A DNA stretch of 64,000 bases from Octopus sinensis (taxonomy: Eukaryota), in NCBI RefSeq assembly GCF_006345805.1, contig NC_043020.1, positions 29,264,001 to 29,328,000 on the forward strand, in the 5' to 3' direction. This document shows positions 1-39,045 of the stretch, piece by piece. Below the pieces are notes generated by a model. The model made no database searches and had not been told where the DNA came from. It worked only from the letters and a program-made list of their open reading frames with translations. The first letter of the stretch is position 1. Each line of letters opens with the position of its first letter. The translations under genes and the position numbers were made by a program.

Positions 1-319
1 AGCGGATGGCATGGAGGGAATGGCGATGTCAGTAAAACTTTGATTATCGTATATATTCCGTCTCCATGGCAACAGAATTGACATGCTTATTTTAATGGAT
101 TTTTAGATAAAGGGCTGCAGCCTTGCTGGAGCACTGCCAACAAAGGTTTTAGTCAAATTGTACGTGCTTTTGAGCTGAACTTATTTTATCGGTTTCTAGT
201 TATCGAATGGCACAGTCACCTTTGAGAAAAAAGAAACACAACTTTTGATACACACAAGTATGGCGTAACGACAAACCAAGAGTCCATACTCTGGCGGCCC
301 ACGATGGGAATAAATTATT

Positions 320-460
320 GCATTCGCAGTAGATGTGATTATAGAGGACAAAATGAACAGCACTATAAGATCATAGACCTTGCAATGCATGATAATAGAG
401 CAGATGCCAAAAAATGGGGAAAACTGGGAAATATCTGGACTTAGCCAGAGAGACTGCGGT
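320..460 (+). mobile_element. Degenerate RLE-LINE (R4/Dong/Rex6-like) endonuclease fragment
   Basis: Frame-broken DVIIEDK...KIIDLAM...EK.GKYLDLARE, resembling a PD-(D/E)xK restriction-like endonuclease. Confidence 0.45.
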
Positions 461-679
461 AGACAAATGTTTCATGTGGTTGTTAGTGCACGTTGCACAA
501 CACCTAAAATTGTTAACTAAGGAGCGAAGCAGAAGGATTTTGGAACTGCAAGTCGCATTCTCGATCTGCAGAAAAGTGTAAGTCTGTATAGTGCAAGAAT
601 CCTGATAAAAGTCTTCGTGATTTGAGATTTGTTGTCACCAAATCCCAAGACAACATCCACGGTAAGTAATATAGCATGC

Positions 680-750
<71 letters not shown>

Positions 751-760
751 CAACAACAAC

Positions 761-1340
761 TGGTGGGAACACAAACCACCTCCAGTGCTTGAAAATGATC
801 ATATCTCACTCCATTTCGAATTTAACCGTTCAAACTGACAGAAAGATAGATGCGAATAGGCCAAGCATTATATTGAAAGACTTCAGATAAAAATCATGCC
901 TCCTCATTGATATGACTGTCCCAATCGATATAAACGTATCTGTCAAGACCTACCAGAAACTGAGCAAGTATAAAGATCTTGAAATAGAAATCAGCAAAAT
1001 GTGGAACCTGAAGACTAAAACAATACCTGGGAATGATAGCAAAAGGGGCTGATTCCTACCTAACTCAAATACCAGGAAACCCCAAAAATGGCAGAAATTC
1101 AAAAGATAGTGCTCATGGGAACTGCCCATAACCTGCGCAAAATATTGTCTATGTAATCTCAAATTTTAAAACAAACTTATAATTTTCTTATGTTTTCTTA
1201 AACATTCTCTAGAACAATACTATGTACAAAACCAAATATATGGCACTCTAGGCATAACACCAACTTGAACTTCTCTTGAGGTCTGTGGGTGATACTTGGA
1301 GACAACTTGTACAAATACAAAGCAAAAGTCAAAAATATAT
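761..1340 (+). mobile_element. 5'-truncated R4/Dong/Rex6-like non-LTR retrotransposon (RLE domain plus 3' UTR)
   Basis: With frameshifts and a stop: WWEHKPPPVLENDH...TVQTDRKIDANRPSIILKD...[35 protein letters not shown]...QIPG...IQKIVLMGTAHNLRKILSM (stop 1156). Flanked by (AAT)n on both sides. Confidence 0.85.
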
Positions 1341-1711
1341 TAATAATAATAATAATAATAATAATGATAATAACAAGACCATTGAGGGAGTGCAAACCTT
1401 GGCCAAGGCAACACCAACGTCCTCTCAACGATTAGCCAATGATTTTTAAGATTAGAATATCTGAAATAAACTCAACTGATCTCACAAACGAGAATGTTAA
1501 TAATGAACCCAACCACTCTTAAAAATTAAGTAAAAAAAAAAATCCACAGGAAAAATAATCCAGAATCCTTGTCCGGTAACGGATTGGTCCCAGAATCTAA
1601 TCAGTTCGTGCCAACCACGAGTCCAAACATCTCTGAAAGTTTCATCCGAATCCATCCAACAGTTTGTTCACGGACAAACAGAGGAGGAGGAGGAGGATAA
1701 TGATAATAATG

Positions 1712-1773
<62 letters not shown>

Positions 1774-2183
1774 CCTTTCTACCGGAGGCACAAGGCCTCA
1801 TATTTGTGGGGAGGAGAGTAGCCAATTACATCGACCCCAGTACTCAACTGGTACTTAATTTATCGACCTCCGAAAGGATGAAAGGCAAAGTCGACCTCGG
1901 CGGAATTTGAACTCAGAACGTAACAGCAAACAAAATACCTATTTCTTTATTACCCACAAGGGGCTAAACACAGAGGGGACAAACAAGAACAGACATAGGT
2001 ATTAAGTCGATTACATCGACCCCAGTGCTTAACTGGTGCTTAATTTATCGACCCCGAAAGGATGAAAGGCAAAGTCGACCTCGGCGGAATTTGAACTCAC
2101 AACGTAACGGCAGACGAAATACCGGTAAGCATTTCGCCCGGAATGCTAAAGATTCTGCCAGCTCGCCGCCTCAATAATAATAG

Positions 2184-2472
2184 GATAATTCACCTCTGGA
2201 AACATGGGTGATTCGTTCAACATCCTTAAACAATCCTTATTCAGGGACCGTTTGAGCGGGATGGGTTACTCTACCAGAAGAAAATTCTAACTGGGCCCCA
2301 CCTGCAAGGTCATGTGCTGTTTATCTTGATATAAGATCACCATGTCGTGCACATATGGTTGTGATGCATGTGCCTGGTGTACCCTTATCAGACGGGTAGT
2401 CATGATGGGTATACTGGGCTTCGTATATTTTACCCCAGTGTCACTTTGATGACATGCTCTGCTCGCTCACTC

Positions 2473-2473
<1 letters not shown>
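2184..2473. mobile_element. Family E partial copy (opposite orientation) abutting (AAT)n
   Basis: Reverse complement of the first about 290 bp of 14981-15542. Confidence 0.8.
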
Positions 2474-2531
<58 letters not shown>

Positions 2532-2532
2532 C

Positions 2533-2563
<31 letters not shown>

Positions 2564-3498
2564 GTAGTAATAATAATAATAATAATAATAATAATTATAA
2601 TAATAATAATAATAATGGTGATGATGATGATGATGATGATGATAAAGATGATAATGATGATGATAAAGATGATGATGATGATGCTGATGATATTCTTATT
2701 ATTATTGCGAGGAGCTGGCAGAATCGCTAGCAAGCCGAACTAAATGCTTAGCGGCATTTCGTCCGTCTTTTTTGTTTTGAGTTCGACCTCGGCAGAATTT
2801 GAACTCAGAACGTAAAGACGGACGAAATGCCGCGAAGCATTTCGCTCGGCTTGCTAGCGATTCTGTCAGCTCGCTGTCTTATTGGCCACAAGGGCCGCAA
2901 AAACCGTTTTAGACAAAATACAGTACCAAAGGACAGCCGGGAATAATAGCAGGTAATCCTCTATAAAATTTTTATTTTCTGCTCTTCTTCACATTTCATC
3001 CTTCAGGTGTCCGTAACAATAACTACCAGCCACGCAGTGGTGCTAAGCGTCTCTTCCTTGCCACACTACCGTTGCAGCATATGGCGCCGTGCAAATCAAC
3101 AGATTTCTTCCCCGCTTCTTCAATACATTGCAGCTTAATTTTGACTCGTTACGGTGCCGTATCACTTGCATCCACTACGTTCTGAATTTCCGGACCAGCT
3201 TCTCTTCTTCCTTTCTTTTTCCTGTTGCTTTTCAGTTATCAAACGTTGTTATCGCCATGTGTTGGTTCCCAACGAAGATATGGTTGTCCACAGTGAAACC
3301 TGAAGTCGTATTTAAGACGAGATATGACCAGACTTTACTCACAGAACGAGACGAATGAGTTAACCAAACAACCATGTAAGTATTCTTTCACCATTCAACA
3401 ATTGATGCGACCATCTATCGCCATATACATATAAAGCATCTTTCAGGTGTGTGTGTGTGTGTATAGATATGTGTATTTCTCTCTCTCTCTTTCTGTCA

Positions 3499-3532
<34 letters not shown>

Positions 3533-3630
3533 GTCTCTCTCTCTCTCTCTCTCTGTATATATATATATATATATTATATATATATATGTTACTTAATATT
3601 ATATATATATATATTATATATATATGTATA

Positions 3631-3666
<36 letters not shown>

Positions 3667-3830
3667 CATTATATATACATATATATATAACATAAGGACT
3701 AAAGCCATCTAATATGGCTAGGGAACAGGCAGGGTGGTGGGGGTGTTACTGTTGCATTTAGCCCCAGGCGAACATCAACGTCGCCAGATAGGCTTGACAC
3801 CATCACGGCGTCCTATATATATATATATAT

Positions 3831-3864
<34 letters not shown>

Positions 3865-4187
3865 TGTATGTATGTATGTATGTATACACACACACACACA
3901 CACGCACACGTGTATATATAAATGCGCCCAATAATGCATACATTTATATACATTTATTTTCTGGTTCTAAGGTGGCGAGCTGGCAGAAGCGTTAGCACGC
4001 CGGGGCGAAATGCCTAGCGGCAGTTCGTCTGTCTTAATATTCTGAGTTCAAATTCCGCCGAGGTCGACTTTGCCTTTTATCCTTTCGGGTCGATAAATTA
4101 AGTACCAGTTGCTGACTGAGGTCGATCTAATCGACTAGGCCCCTCCTCAAAGATTTCGGACCTTGTGCCTAGAGTAGAAAAGAATAT

Positions 4188-4420
4188 ATATTTCTTTACT
4201 ACCCACAAGGGGCTAAACACAGAGAGGACAAACAAGGTCAGACAAACGGATTAAGTCGATTACATCGATCCCAGTGTGCAACTGGTACTTAATTTATCGA
4301 CCCCGAAAGGATGAAAGGCAAAGTCGACCTCGGCGGAATTTGAACTCAGAACGTAACGGCAGACGAAATACGGCCACGGATTTCGCCAGGCGTGCTAACG
4401 ATTCTGCCAGCTCGCCGCCT
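4188..4420 (-). mobile_element. SINE family B, full length
   Basis: Reverse complement of the family B consensus; tail-to-tail with the + copy at 3969-4185. Confidence 0.9.
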
Positions 4421-4699
4421 TGAAAAGAATATATGTTTATGTCTACACACACACACACACACACACAACACACACACATATAAATCCTTAAAATCCTTAA
4501 AAATGTTTTAGCCCGAAGGCCGCGGCCATGCTGATGGCAGATTTGGTAGCCTTCAACTAACACTTTCTCCTCCGAGACTCTGCGGCGCAAGTTGACCAGA
4601 ATTGAGAGTATGATAGAAGAAGGTTTGCTCTTCCTTCCGTAGAAGATAAAATTCAAATAGGACCATGTTAACACCAAAAATTATTTACATCAAAAAGGT

Positions 4700-4891
4700 G
4701 CTTTTTTTCTATGAAAATCGCTATTTTTTTACGATTTTTTGACTGCTGTGTCGCCATTTTCGGTGTATTTCAACCAGAAAATTGTTCACTTAAAGAGAAT
4801 AACAAGCTACATAATGCAAAATTTTTACTTTTCAAAAATTCCAATTCTAAAGGGCCGAAACAAACCGAGCAACGCCGGGCGATACTGCTAG
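4700..4891 (+). mobile_element. Helitron 3' end
   Basis: Hairpin ccgagc-aac-gccgg then CTAG|T at 4865-4892; the 5' boundary was not determined, so the start is approximate. Confidence 0.55.
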
Positions 4892-4920
4892 TATATATAT
4901 ATATATATATGTATTTATAG

Positions 4921-4967
<47 letters not shown>

Positions 4968-4978
4968 ATACATATAAA

Positions 4979-5038
<60 letters not shown>

Positions 5039-5068
5039 TGTATGTATGTATGTATGTATGTATGCATG

Positions 5069-5124
<56 letters not shown>

Positions 5125-5129
<5 letters not shown>

Positions 5130-5346
5130 GGAGTAAACACATAAATGTGAAACAAGGTGGAAAAAAAGTACTCAAATACCAGTGGTAGAGTAATATGCTT
5201 TATTTTAAGCAGCAGAAAATTCAACAAAATCTGTTACTCTGAGTTTCTCGTTGCCGTTCATCAGACAGTTAAACTGTCTGATGAACGGCACGAGAAACTC
5301 AGAGTAACAGATTTTGTTGAATTTTCTGCTGTGCTTAAAATAAAGT
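5125..5346 (-). mobile_element. PLE-type terminal repeat with an inverted duplication (about 150-bp palindrome) in (TA)n
   Basis: Arms 5198-5270 and 5272-5345 are near-perfect reverse complements around a 1-nt centre. A unique 73-nt tail occupies 5125-5197, and (TA)n lies on both sides. Confidence 0.75.
5231..5268 (-). ncRNA. Minimal hammerhead ribozyme (canonical core)
   Basis: CUGU-CUGAUGA-A-CG-GCAA-CG-A-GAAA-CUC-A-GAG-UA/ACAG. Intact CUGAUGA and GAAA, GUA cleavage triplet, 4-bp stem I, GNRA-capped stem II, palindromic stem III. A mirror copy lies on + at 5274-5310. Confidence 0.65.
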
Positions 5347-5388
5347 ATATATATATATATATTATATATATATATATATATATGTATG

Positions 5389-5432
<44 letters not shown>

Positions 5433-5433
5433 G

Positions 5434-5589
<156 letters not shown>

Positions 5590-5957
5590 TGCATTTCTTC
5601 TGCCATTATCTTCATTCGACGCAATCAAACGTGACATTTACATTAATTAAAAAAAAAAAGGTATCTTCGTGTTAAACTCTGGACGCTTATCATTTTTTTA
5701 TTGCTTCTGTCGAGCTGGATGTGACCACACTGGGCCATTGCGAACGCCGCAGGCTTCGTCACAAATGCAAAGAGCTGATTGGTCAGTTTGCCGAACACAC
5801 TCCTTTCCGTTCTGGATTACCACTTGTGAAAACTGAAGTGGACGTTGAAAGAGAGGGTGTTACTGTTCGACGATAGACCGAGCTGTATTAGTTGCTGCTG
5901 TTGTTGTTGTTGTTGATATTGTTGTTATTGTTGATGTTGTTGTTGTTAACTATCTCT

Positions 5958-6168
5958 CTCTTTTACTCTTTTACTTGTTTCAGTCATTTGACTGTGGCCA
6001 TGCTGGAGCACCGCCTTTAGTCGAGCAAATCGATCCCGGGACTTATTCTTTGTAAGCCCAGTACTTATTCTATCGGTCTCTTTTGCCGAACCGCTAAGTG
6101 ACGGGGACGTAAACACACCAGCATCGGTTGTCAAGCAATGCTAGGGAAACAAACACAGACACACAAAT

Positions 6169-6201
<33 letters not shown>

Positions 6202-6373
6202 CATATATACGACAGGCTTCTTTCAGTTTCCGTCTACCAAATCCACTCATAAGGCTTTGGTCAGCCCGAGGCTATAGCAGAAGACACTTGCCCAAGATGC
6301 CACGCAGTGGGACTGATCCCGCAACCATGTGGTTGGTTAGCAAGCTACTTACCACACAGCCACTCCTGCGCCT
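5958..6373 (-). mobile_element. tRNA-derived SINE family A (about 400 bp, internal microsatellite)
   Basis: A box TGGCTGTGTGG, B-box-like GGTT.CGG..CAGTCCC, core ..cttgggcaagt.., internal (TA)n(TG)n, tail (gtaaaaga)n. Other copies: 13738-14157(+), 28500-28915(+), 31290-31470(-), 35160-35932(-), 37340-38215(-), 38645-39040(+), 39330-39460(-), 42925-43080(-), 46615-47010(+), 52366-52780(-), 53430-54030(-), 60560-60970(+), 62040-62540(+). Confidence 0.9.
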
Positions 6374-7127
6374 ATCGTCTGTTTTTCTTATATCTTTTTT
6401 AACATATAAGAAGGAGCCGTTCGAATTCAGAGTTCTAATAATCATCAAACTTATCCTTGTATCATATTAACATAGGAGTTGTGACCCCATAATTTTAGTA
6501 ATTACAAAACGAATTTCATTATTCCAGTGTTTTTAGTATCAGAAATAAACACAAACGGGTTGGGGTTTAAAAACAGTGATGAGGTGAAAATATTATGGGC
6601 TGGATGAGATTATTACTTAACCGAGCAAGCAAAAGAGGGGTGACTCTTGACGTCTTTTGTGTCATGAGCCGTCGTCGGTGGAAACGTAACATTCGCCATT
6701 ACTTGCGAGCCCTTAACTAACGAGGTTACCTTATAGAAACTTTCGTAAACGAATGTTTTTATAAAGGAACCCAGTTACAAATAATAATAATAATAATAAT
6801 AAATGAATAAATAAATGAATAAATAAAAATAACAGCGCCAGGAAACGAGATTAATTGATAATTTATAGCGAAGGTTATGTTTCTGCTGACGACTGCAAAG
6901 AACAGAGAAACAGTCAAAGTCATCTTTTTCGCTTGTTTTTTTCTTCCTAATCGCCGGGTTAAACATTTCTACATTTATTTCTAATGTTAAAAAAGTGAAA
7001 ATAGTAAAAAAAGTATTGTACATATCTAATTTATTTGTTCTGAAATTGGTTGGTGCTTTGGTAGATTTATTCTTCCCCAGAGTATCTTCGAAGTAAATGC
7101 CTTCGCTCTGAGAGGTTACAACGCTGG

Positions 7128-7362
7128 GCTTCTAGCTGGCAGGATCGTTAGCACGCCGGGTGAAATGCTTAGCGGTATTTCGTCTGCCGTTACGTTCTGA
7201 GTTCAAATTCCGCCGAGGTCGACTTTGCCTTTCATCCTTTCGGGGTCGATAAATTAAGTACCAGTTATGCACTGGGGTCGATGTAATCGACTTAATCCGT
7301 TTGTCTGTCCTTGTTTGTCCTCTCTGTGTTTAGCCCCTTGTGGGTAGTAAAGAAATAGGTAT
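7128..7362 (+). mobile_element. tRNA-derived SINE family B (about 235 bp)
   Basis: A box TGGCAG.ATCG and B box GAGTTCAAATTCC. Other copies: 1932-2171(-), 2713-2873 (inverted pair), 3969-4185(+), 4188-4420(-), 8395-8585(+), 16520-16895(+), 32735-32855(-), 33463-33565(-), 47664-47830(+), 53577-53804(-), 57917-58310(+), 60215-60385(-). Confidence 0.9.
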
Positions 7363-7763
7363 TAAAGACATGTGATTAGAATGTGGCAGGGAAACATCGC
7401 AAGACGGATTCTTCAAGCCGAACCAATCGGCAGAAGACTTACGATTTAGACCAAGAACGCGATGGTTGAATAATACCCATTGTCTCACTTGGTCACACTT
7501 GAGGAACCCATCCAGCAAGTATAATGACAGCGACTTCTGAGAGGACCCTATGGAGAAAGTACCCAGGGTACTCTACTCAGACGATCTCCCCATTAATAGT
7601 TGGTGGAGAAGATCGATGGCTGGATGGCTTCGTTTATAAGCGTTTATCAATAACATAAGTTAATTCTGATAACATTTTGATCCCAATTTTCGACACCCGA
7701 CTTCACGAAAATACACAGATTCATGGGTATTAATGTATTTTTAATTTCGTTTTTTACAGAACA

Positions 7764-25318
<17,555 letters not shown>

Positions 25319-25353
25319 GTTGAAATTATAAATCGAAAGAGTTTTAAAATGAA

Positions 25354-25380
25354 AATAAAAAAAAAAAAATACAAAATAAA
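25354..25380 (+). terminator. Candidate polyadenylation signals of the chitinase
   Basis: AATAAA at 25354-25359 and 25375-25380, 35-60 nt after the stop, followed by T/GT-rich sequence. Confidence 0.5.
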
Positions 25381-26627
25381 TATTAAAAGTATTCTTGTAT
25401 TTTTATACTTGTTTCATGTTTGATCTGTCTGCGGCCATTCTGGAGCATCAGCTCTTTAAGGATTTTGGTCAGTCTCATATCAGACTCTCTTTACTGAATG
25501 GCTAAATTTTGCTTCCCATAGAGTTCCCTTAATGACAGCAGTTTTACAAGGGAGATAACCATTTCTTAATATTTGATGGGCTTAGAATTTTGAATTTGAA
25601 ATTAAGGAATTCTAAAGAAAAAGATGCACAGAATTCCTATATTTAGTTTGTTTTGTGTATTTACTAACAAAGTTCTTAAAATTTCTAATCAGTGATAATC
25701 ACGTGCAGCACCATTTCATTCTTTTTAGAAATCATCATCTTGACACAACCTGTGATTTATTAATTAAATATTTTATGAAGTGAGACATTTTATTAAGATG
25801 AAAATAATTAGTCACAATGAAATTCATTGAACATGTGTTTTTTTTTTTTTTTTGACTTTTCACAAAATATTAGGAAACCAGAAAGCAAGAGAAAAGTGAG
25901 AAAACTTTTAGCTTTTTTGACATAGAGAACTCTTTCTGGGAAATTCCATCTTGTGAAAATGTCTTGTAGAGGCAAATAATTTCAGTTTTAGCTGCAAACA
26001 GCTTTACAAATTGGTTTCTGATAGATTCTTTGGAGTGACCATGCTTTGTACATGCAGCTACTTTTGAGGTAAAACAATCTAACCTGACACAGTGATTTAC
26101 ATGGGGAGGCACCTACATGTTGCGTAGACATACAGACATACATGTGACTTATGAGGAGATCGCTATGCAGTCTACTGAATTATCAGAAATAGCAGACAAA
26201 TTTCCCTCAAATCACATCCTTAAATAAAGAAAAATATATAGAATAATATAGTCCCTGATATACATATAAATAGAATGGGATGGTCAAGGCTGGAATGGCT
26301 TTGATCATGAGTCTGCTCACAACAAATGTTTGACAAGTGTAAACAATGACAAACACAGATAAATGTATGCACTCCCCCACACACATGCATTGTGCAATCT
26401 ATCCAGGCTGTCACCATGCACCCGATACCTCTTGTCATTGCATAAGGGAGTGCATACTATGATCCTCAACATGGCAGAGACATGGTATTTCTAAAAAGAT
26501 GGGATATGTGAGAGATGCTTCATCATTTGATCAACCACCTACAGACCATTAAATAGCTTATTCATAGCTAAAATAATGAAAAAAATAAAAAGCCTTTAAC
26601 AGGGTCTCCATCTCCCTTATCTGGTGG

Positions 26628-26750
26628 TCATTGCAGAAACTAGGGATAAAGGAATGGCTGGTGAGAGCTGTACAAGCCATGTACAGGGACGCTGTAAAGT
26701 GAGGGCTGGCAATAAATATAGCATTGAATTCAGCATACGAGTAGGGGCCC
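26628..26750 (+). mobile_element. RTE-clade LINE RT fragment
   Basis: QKLGIKEWLVRAVQAMYRDA..KVR.GN.YS.EF..RVG. Confidence 0.65.
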
Positions 26751-26809
26751 AGGCAGCCCTTTCTTGCTCGTCATAAGAAGACTACCATTGGAGCTTCTGA
26801 ACACTGGAC

Positions 26810-27290
26810 TTTGAAAAACAGTTGCAAGAGAGATAAGCCCTGTTCATTGTGCAACGACATGAGTCAAGTGAATTCCATCAGGAATCATGACGGAAATGTT
26901 ATGATTTATACAGAAGGTGGGATGTGTAAAGATTCCCATTTGGTGTACGCAACAGAATGCACCAAACACAACTTGATTTATGTTGGTTGTACAGCAGAAC
27001 AATTAAACCAAAGATTCAATTGGTACAGGTTCAATAGCAGTCGTTTGGACAGAACTTGAAGAACATCTGACATCAAACAACAGCAATTTTGAGGAATACC
27101 CGAAAGTGCACATTCTCAGAAAATATTCTGACTCTACTACACTTTCAGTTCTCGAAATGCACGAGGACAAATATATATTTGTGAATTACTAATATCACAC
27201 CTTGAAAGAACGGATAAAATGACAGGTGAATTTCATCACATTTACGCAAAACTGTTCAAATATGCATTCTTTTTCCTACATTTTTTGTTT
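26810..27290 (+). mobile_element. Degenerate Penelope-like GIY-YIG endonuclease fragment (Neptune-like Cys linker)
   Basis: SCKRDKPCSLC...MCKDSHLVYATECTKHNLIYVGCTAEQLNQRFN matches the C-rich linker plus LVY..C..YVG.T...L..RF pattern. Confidence 0.7.
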
Positions 27291-27923
27291 CCAATCTTGA
27301 TCTGGCAGAGTTTCTACAGCTGGATGCCCTTCCTAATGCCAACCACTCCGAGAGTGTAGTGGGTGCTTTTTACGTGCCACCAGCATGGGGGCCAGTCAGG
27401 TGGTACTAGCAATGACCTCGCTTGAATCTTTTTACACATGCCACCGGCATATGTGTGACACATGACACACTTCTTATTGTCTAGTTACCTTCATGAAGAG
27501 TTACATCCCATCTTTATAAATTATTCATCATCGTCATCATCATCGTTGTTGTTTAACATCTGCTTTCGATGCTGGCATGGGTTGGACGGTTTGACTGAGG
27601 GCTGGCAAGCCAGAAGGCTGCACCAGGCTCCAATCCGATCTAGCAAAGTTTCTACAGCTGGATGCCTTTCCTCATGCCAAACACTCCACTTATTATTATA
27701 TTACTCAAAGCAGTGCTCCAGCATGGCCACAGTTAAATGAGTGCAAGAAGTAAAAGAATAACACTGAAAATCACAATTCCAATAGCAAAGAAGTTGTCTT
27801 TATGAACATTTCCCAGCCAGGAGAAACACCATTGACTGGTAACCACTCAGTGAAATTTAAAATTGTCTGGTTTTGTTTTAATTAAATTATATCATAAATA
27901 AAAATTATTTCGTCAGTTCAGTG

Positions 27924-37160
<9,237 letters not shown>

Positions 37161-37419
37161 TTGGTGTCCAAGAGAAGAATCCCCGGCCATCACAACATTC
37201 ACTCGCTTCTCACCAAAACATTCCGCTCACCAAAGGATTTACCTCCCTTGACAACCGCTCAAATACCTAATTACTTCCCTTGACAGTTTATTAACTTCTT
37301 TTTTTTTCTCTCAAACATAATTCCAAATCTCTTATCCTTTATGTTTTACTTGTTTCAGTCATTAGACGTAAACACACCAGCACCGGTTGTCAGACGGTGG
37401 TAGGGGACAAGCAGACACA

Positions 37420-38075
37420 CACACACACACACACACATGCATATATACATACATGCATACATACATGCATATATACATACATAGATACATACATACATAC
37501 ATAATACGTGCATACATACATACATGCATACATACATGCTTATATACACACATACATACATACATACATGCATACATACATACACACATACATGCATGCA
37601 TGCATACATACATACATACATACACACATACATACATACATACATACATACACACATACATACATACATATACACATACATGCATACATACATACATACA
37701 TATATACATACATACAAATGCATATATACATACATGCATGCATACATACATACATACATACACACATGCATACACACATACATACACACATACATACATA
37801 CATACATACACACATACATACATATACACATACATGCATACATACACACACACATACATACAAACATACATACATACATACATACATATACACATACATA
37901 CATACACACATACATACATACATACAACATACACACATACATACATACATACATACACACATACATACATACATACATACATACATACATACATACATAC
38001 ATACATACATACATACATGCATGCATACATACATACATACACACACACATACACACATACGTACATACATACAGG
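37420..38075. repeat. (TACA)n microsatellite inside a degenerate SINE A, upstream of NUDT17
   Basis: Direct reading; SINE A segments lie on both sides (37340-37420 and 38075-38215). Confidence 0.92.
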
Positions 38076-38644
38076 ACGGACCTCCACGCCGTTTCCAAAT
38101 CACACACTTTGATTGGCTGGGGTTAATGACGGAAACACTCAAGGTGCTGCGCAGTGGAACTGAACCCGAAGCCCTATGGTGCGATGCGAACATCTTAATC
38201 ACCACATTCTTGCCTACACACACACATAAGGGTTGGTTGAAATATTGAAAGAACCATTTTATATTTGGCTGCTTTTGTCCAGTAGTAATATGAGAGATTC
38301 AAAACTGTTCCAGTCTGTATATATACCTTCATGTGCATTACGTATGCCCTCTGCTTCATAATATTGGCCCCTGGGTTTCTTATTCTGTTTTTTGTTTTTC
38401 TTTCTTTTGATATTTTTTTGCAGGTATTTATAGTTAAATAAATTTAAATGCGTGATCTTTCGAATTTCCAAGGAGGACAAACTACTGTAGAAATATTCAA
38501 TATTTCGAGAGACAGAGTCTTTAGAATTATGTTGGCATTCAAAACCCAAAGCAAAATCAACTCTGGCAAGCTTAATTCTGGACAGAAGGCGAAGTTATCA
38601 GAGAAGGGACTGCAGAATATTGAAACAAATCGATCGAAAACAAT

Positions 38645-39045
38645 TGCAGGAGTGGCTGTGTGGTAAGTAGCTTGTTTACCAACCACATGGTTCCGGGTTC
38701 AGTCCCACTGCGTGGCATCTTGGGCAAGTGTCTTCTCCTATAGCCTCGGGCTGACCAAAGCCTTGTGAGTGGATTCGGTAGACGGAAACTGAAAGAGGCC
38801 CGTTGTATATATGTATATATATATATGTGTTTGTGTGTCTGTGTTTGTCCCCCTAGCATTGCTTGACAACCGATGCTGGTGTGTTTATGTCCCCGTCACT
38901 TAGTGGTTCGGCAAAAGAGACCGATAGAATAAGTACTGGGCTTACAAAAGAATAAGTCTCGGGGTCGAGTTGCTCGATTAAAGGCAGTGCTCCAGCATGG
39001 CCGCAGTCAAATGACTGAAACAAGTAAAAGAGAGTAAAAGAGTAA
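38645..39045 (+). mobile_element. SINE family A, full length
   Basis: Matches the family A consensus end to end. Confidence 0.9.

Noticed and set aside
2880-3360. CpG-containing unique segment with strong acceptor-like sites (3006, 3235) and ORF 3089..3358
   Set aside because: I see no recognisable protein motif, no matching donor or partner exons, and the ORF begins at GTG.
5650-5875. About 70-codon stop-free frame and a CCAAT box
   Set aside because: No ATG, poor splice context and no recognisable homology.
6875-6925. CTGACGA...GAAACAGTC hammerhead-like string
   Set aside because: Stem I cannot form next to the core and there is no repeat context; likely chance.
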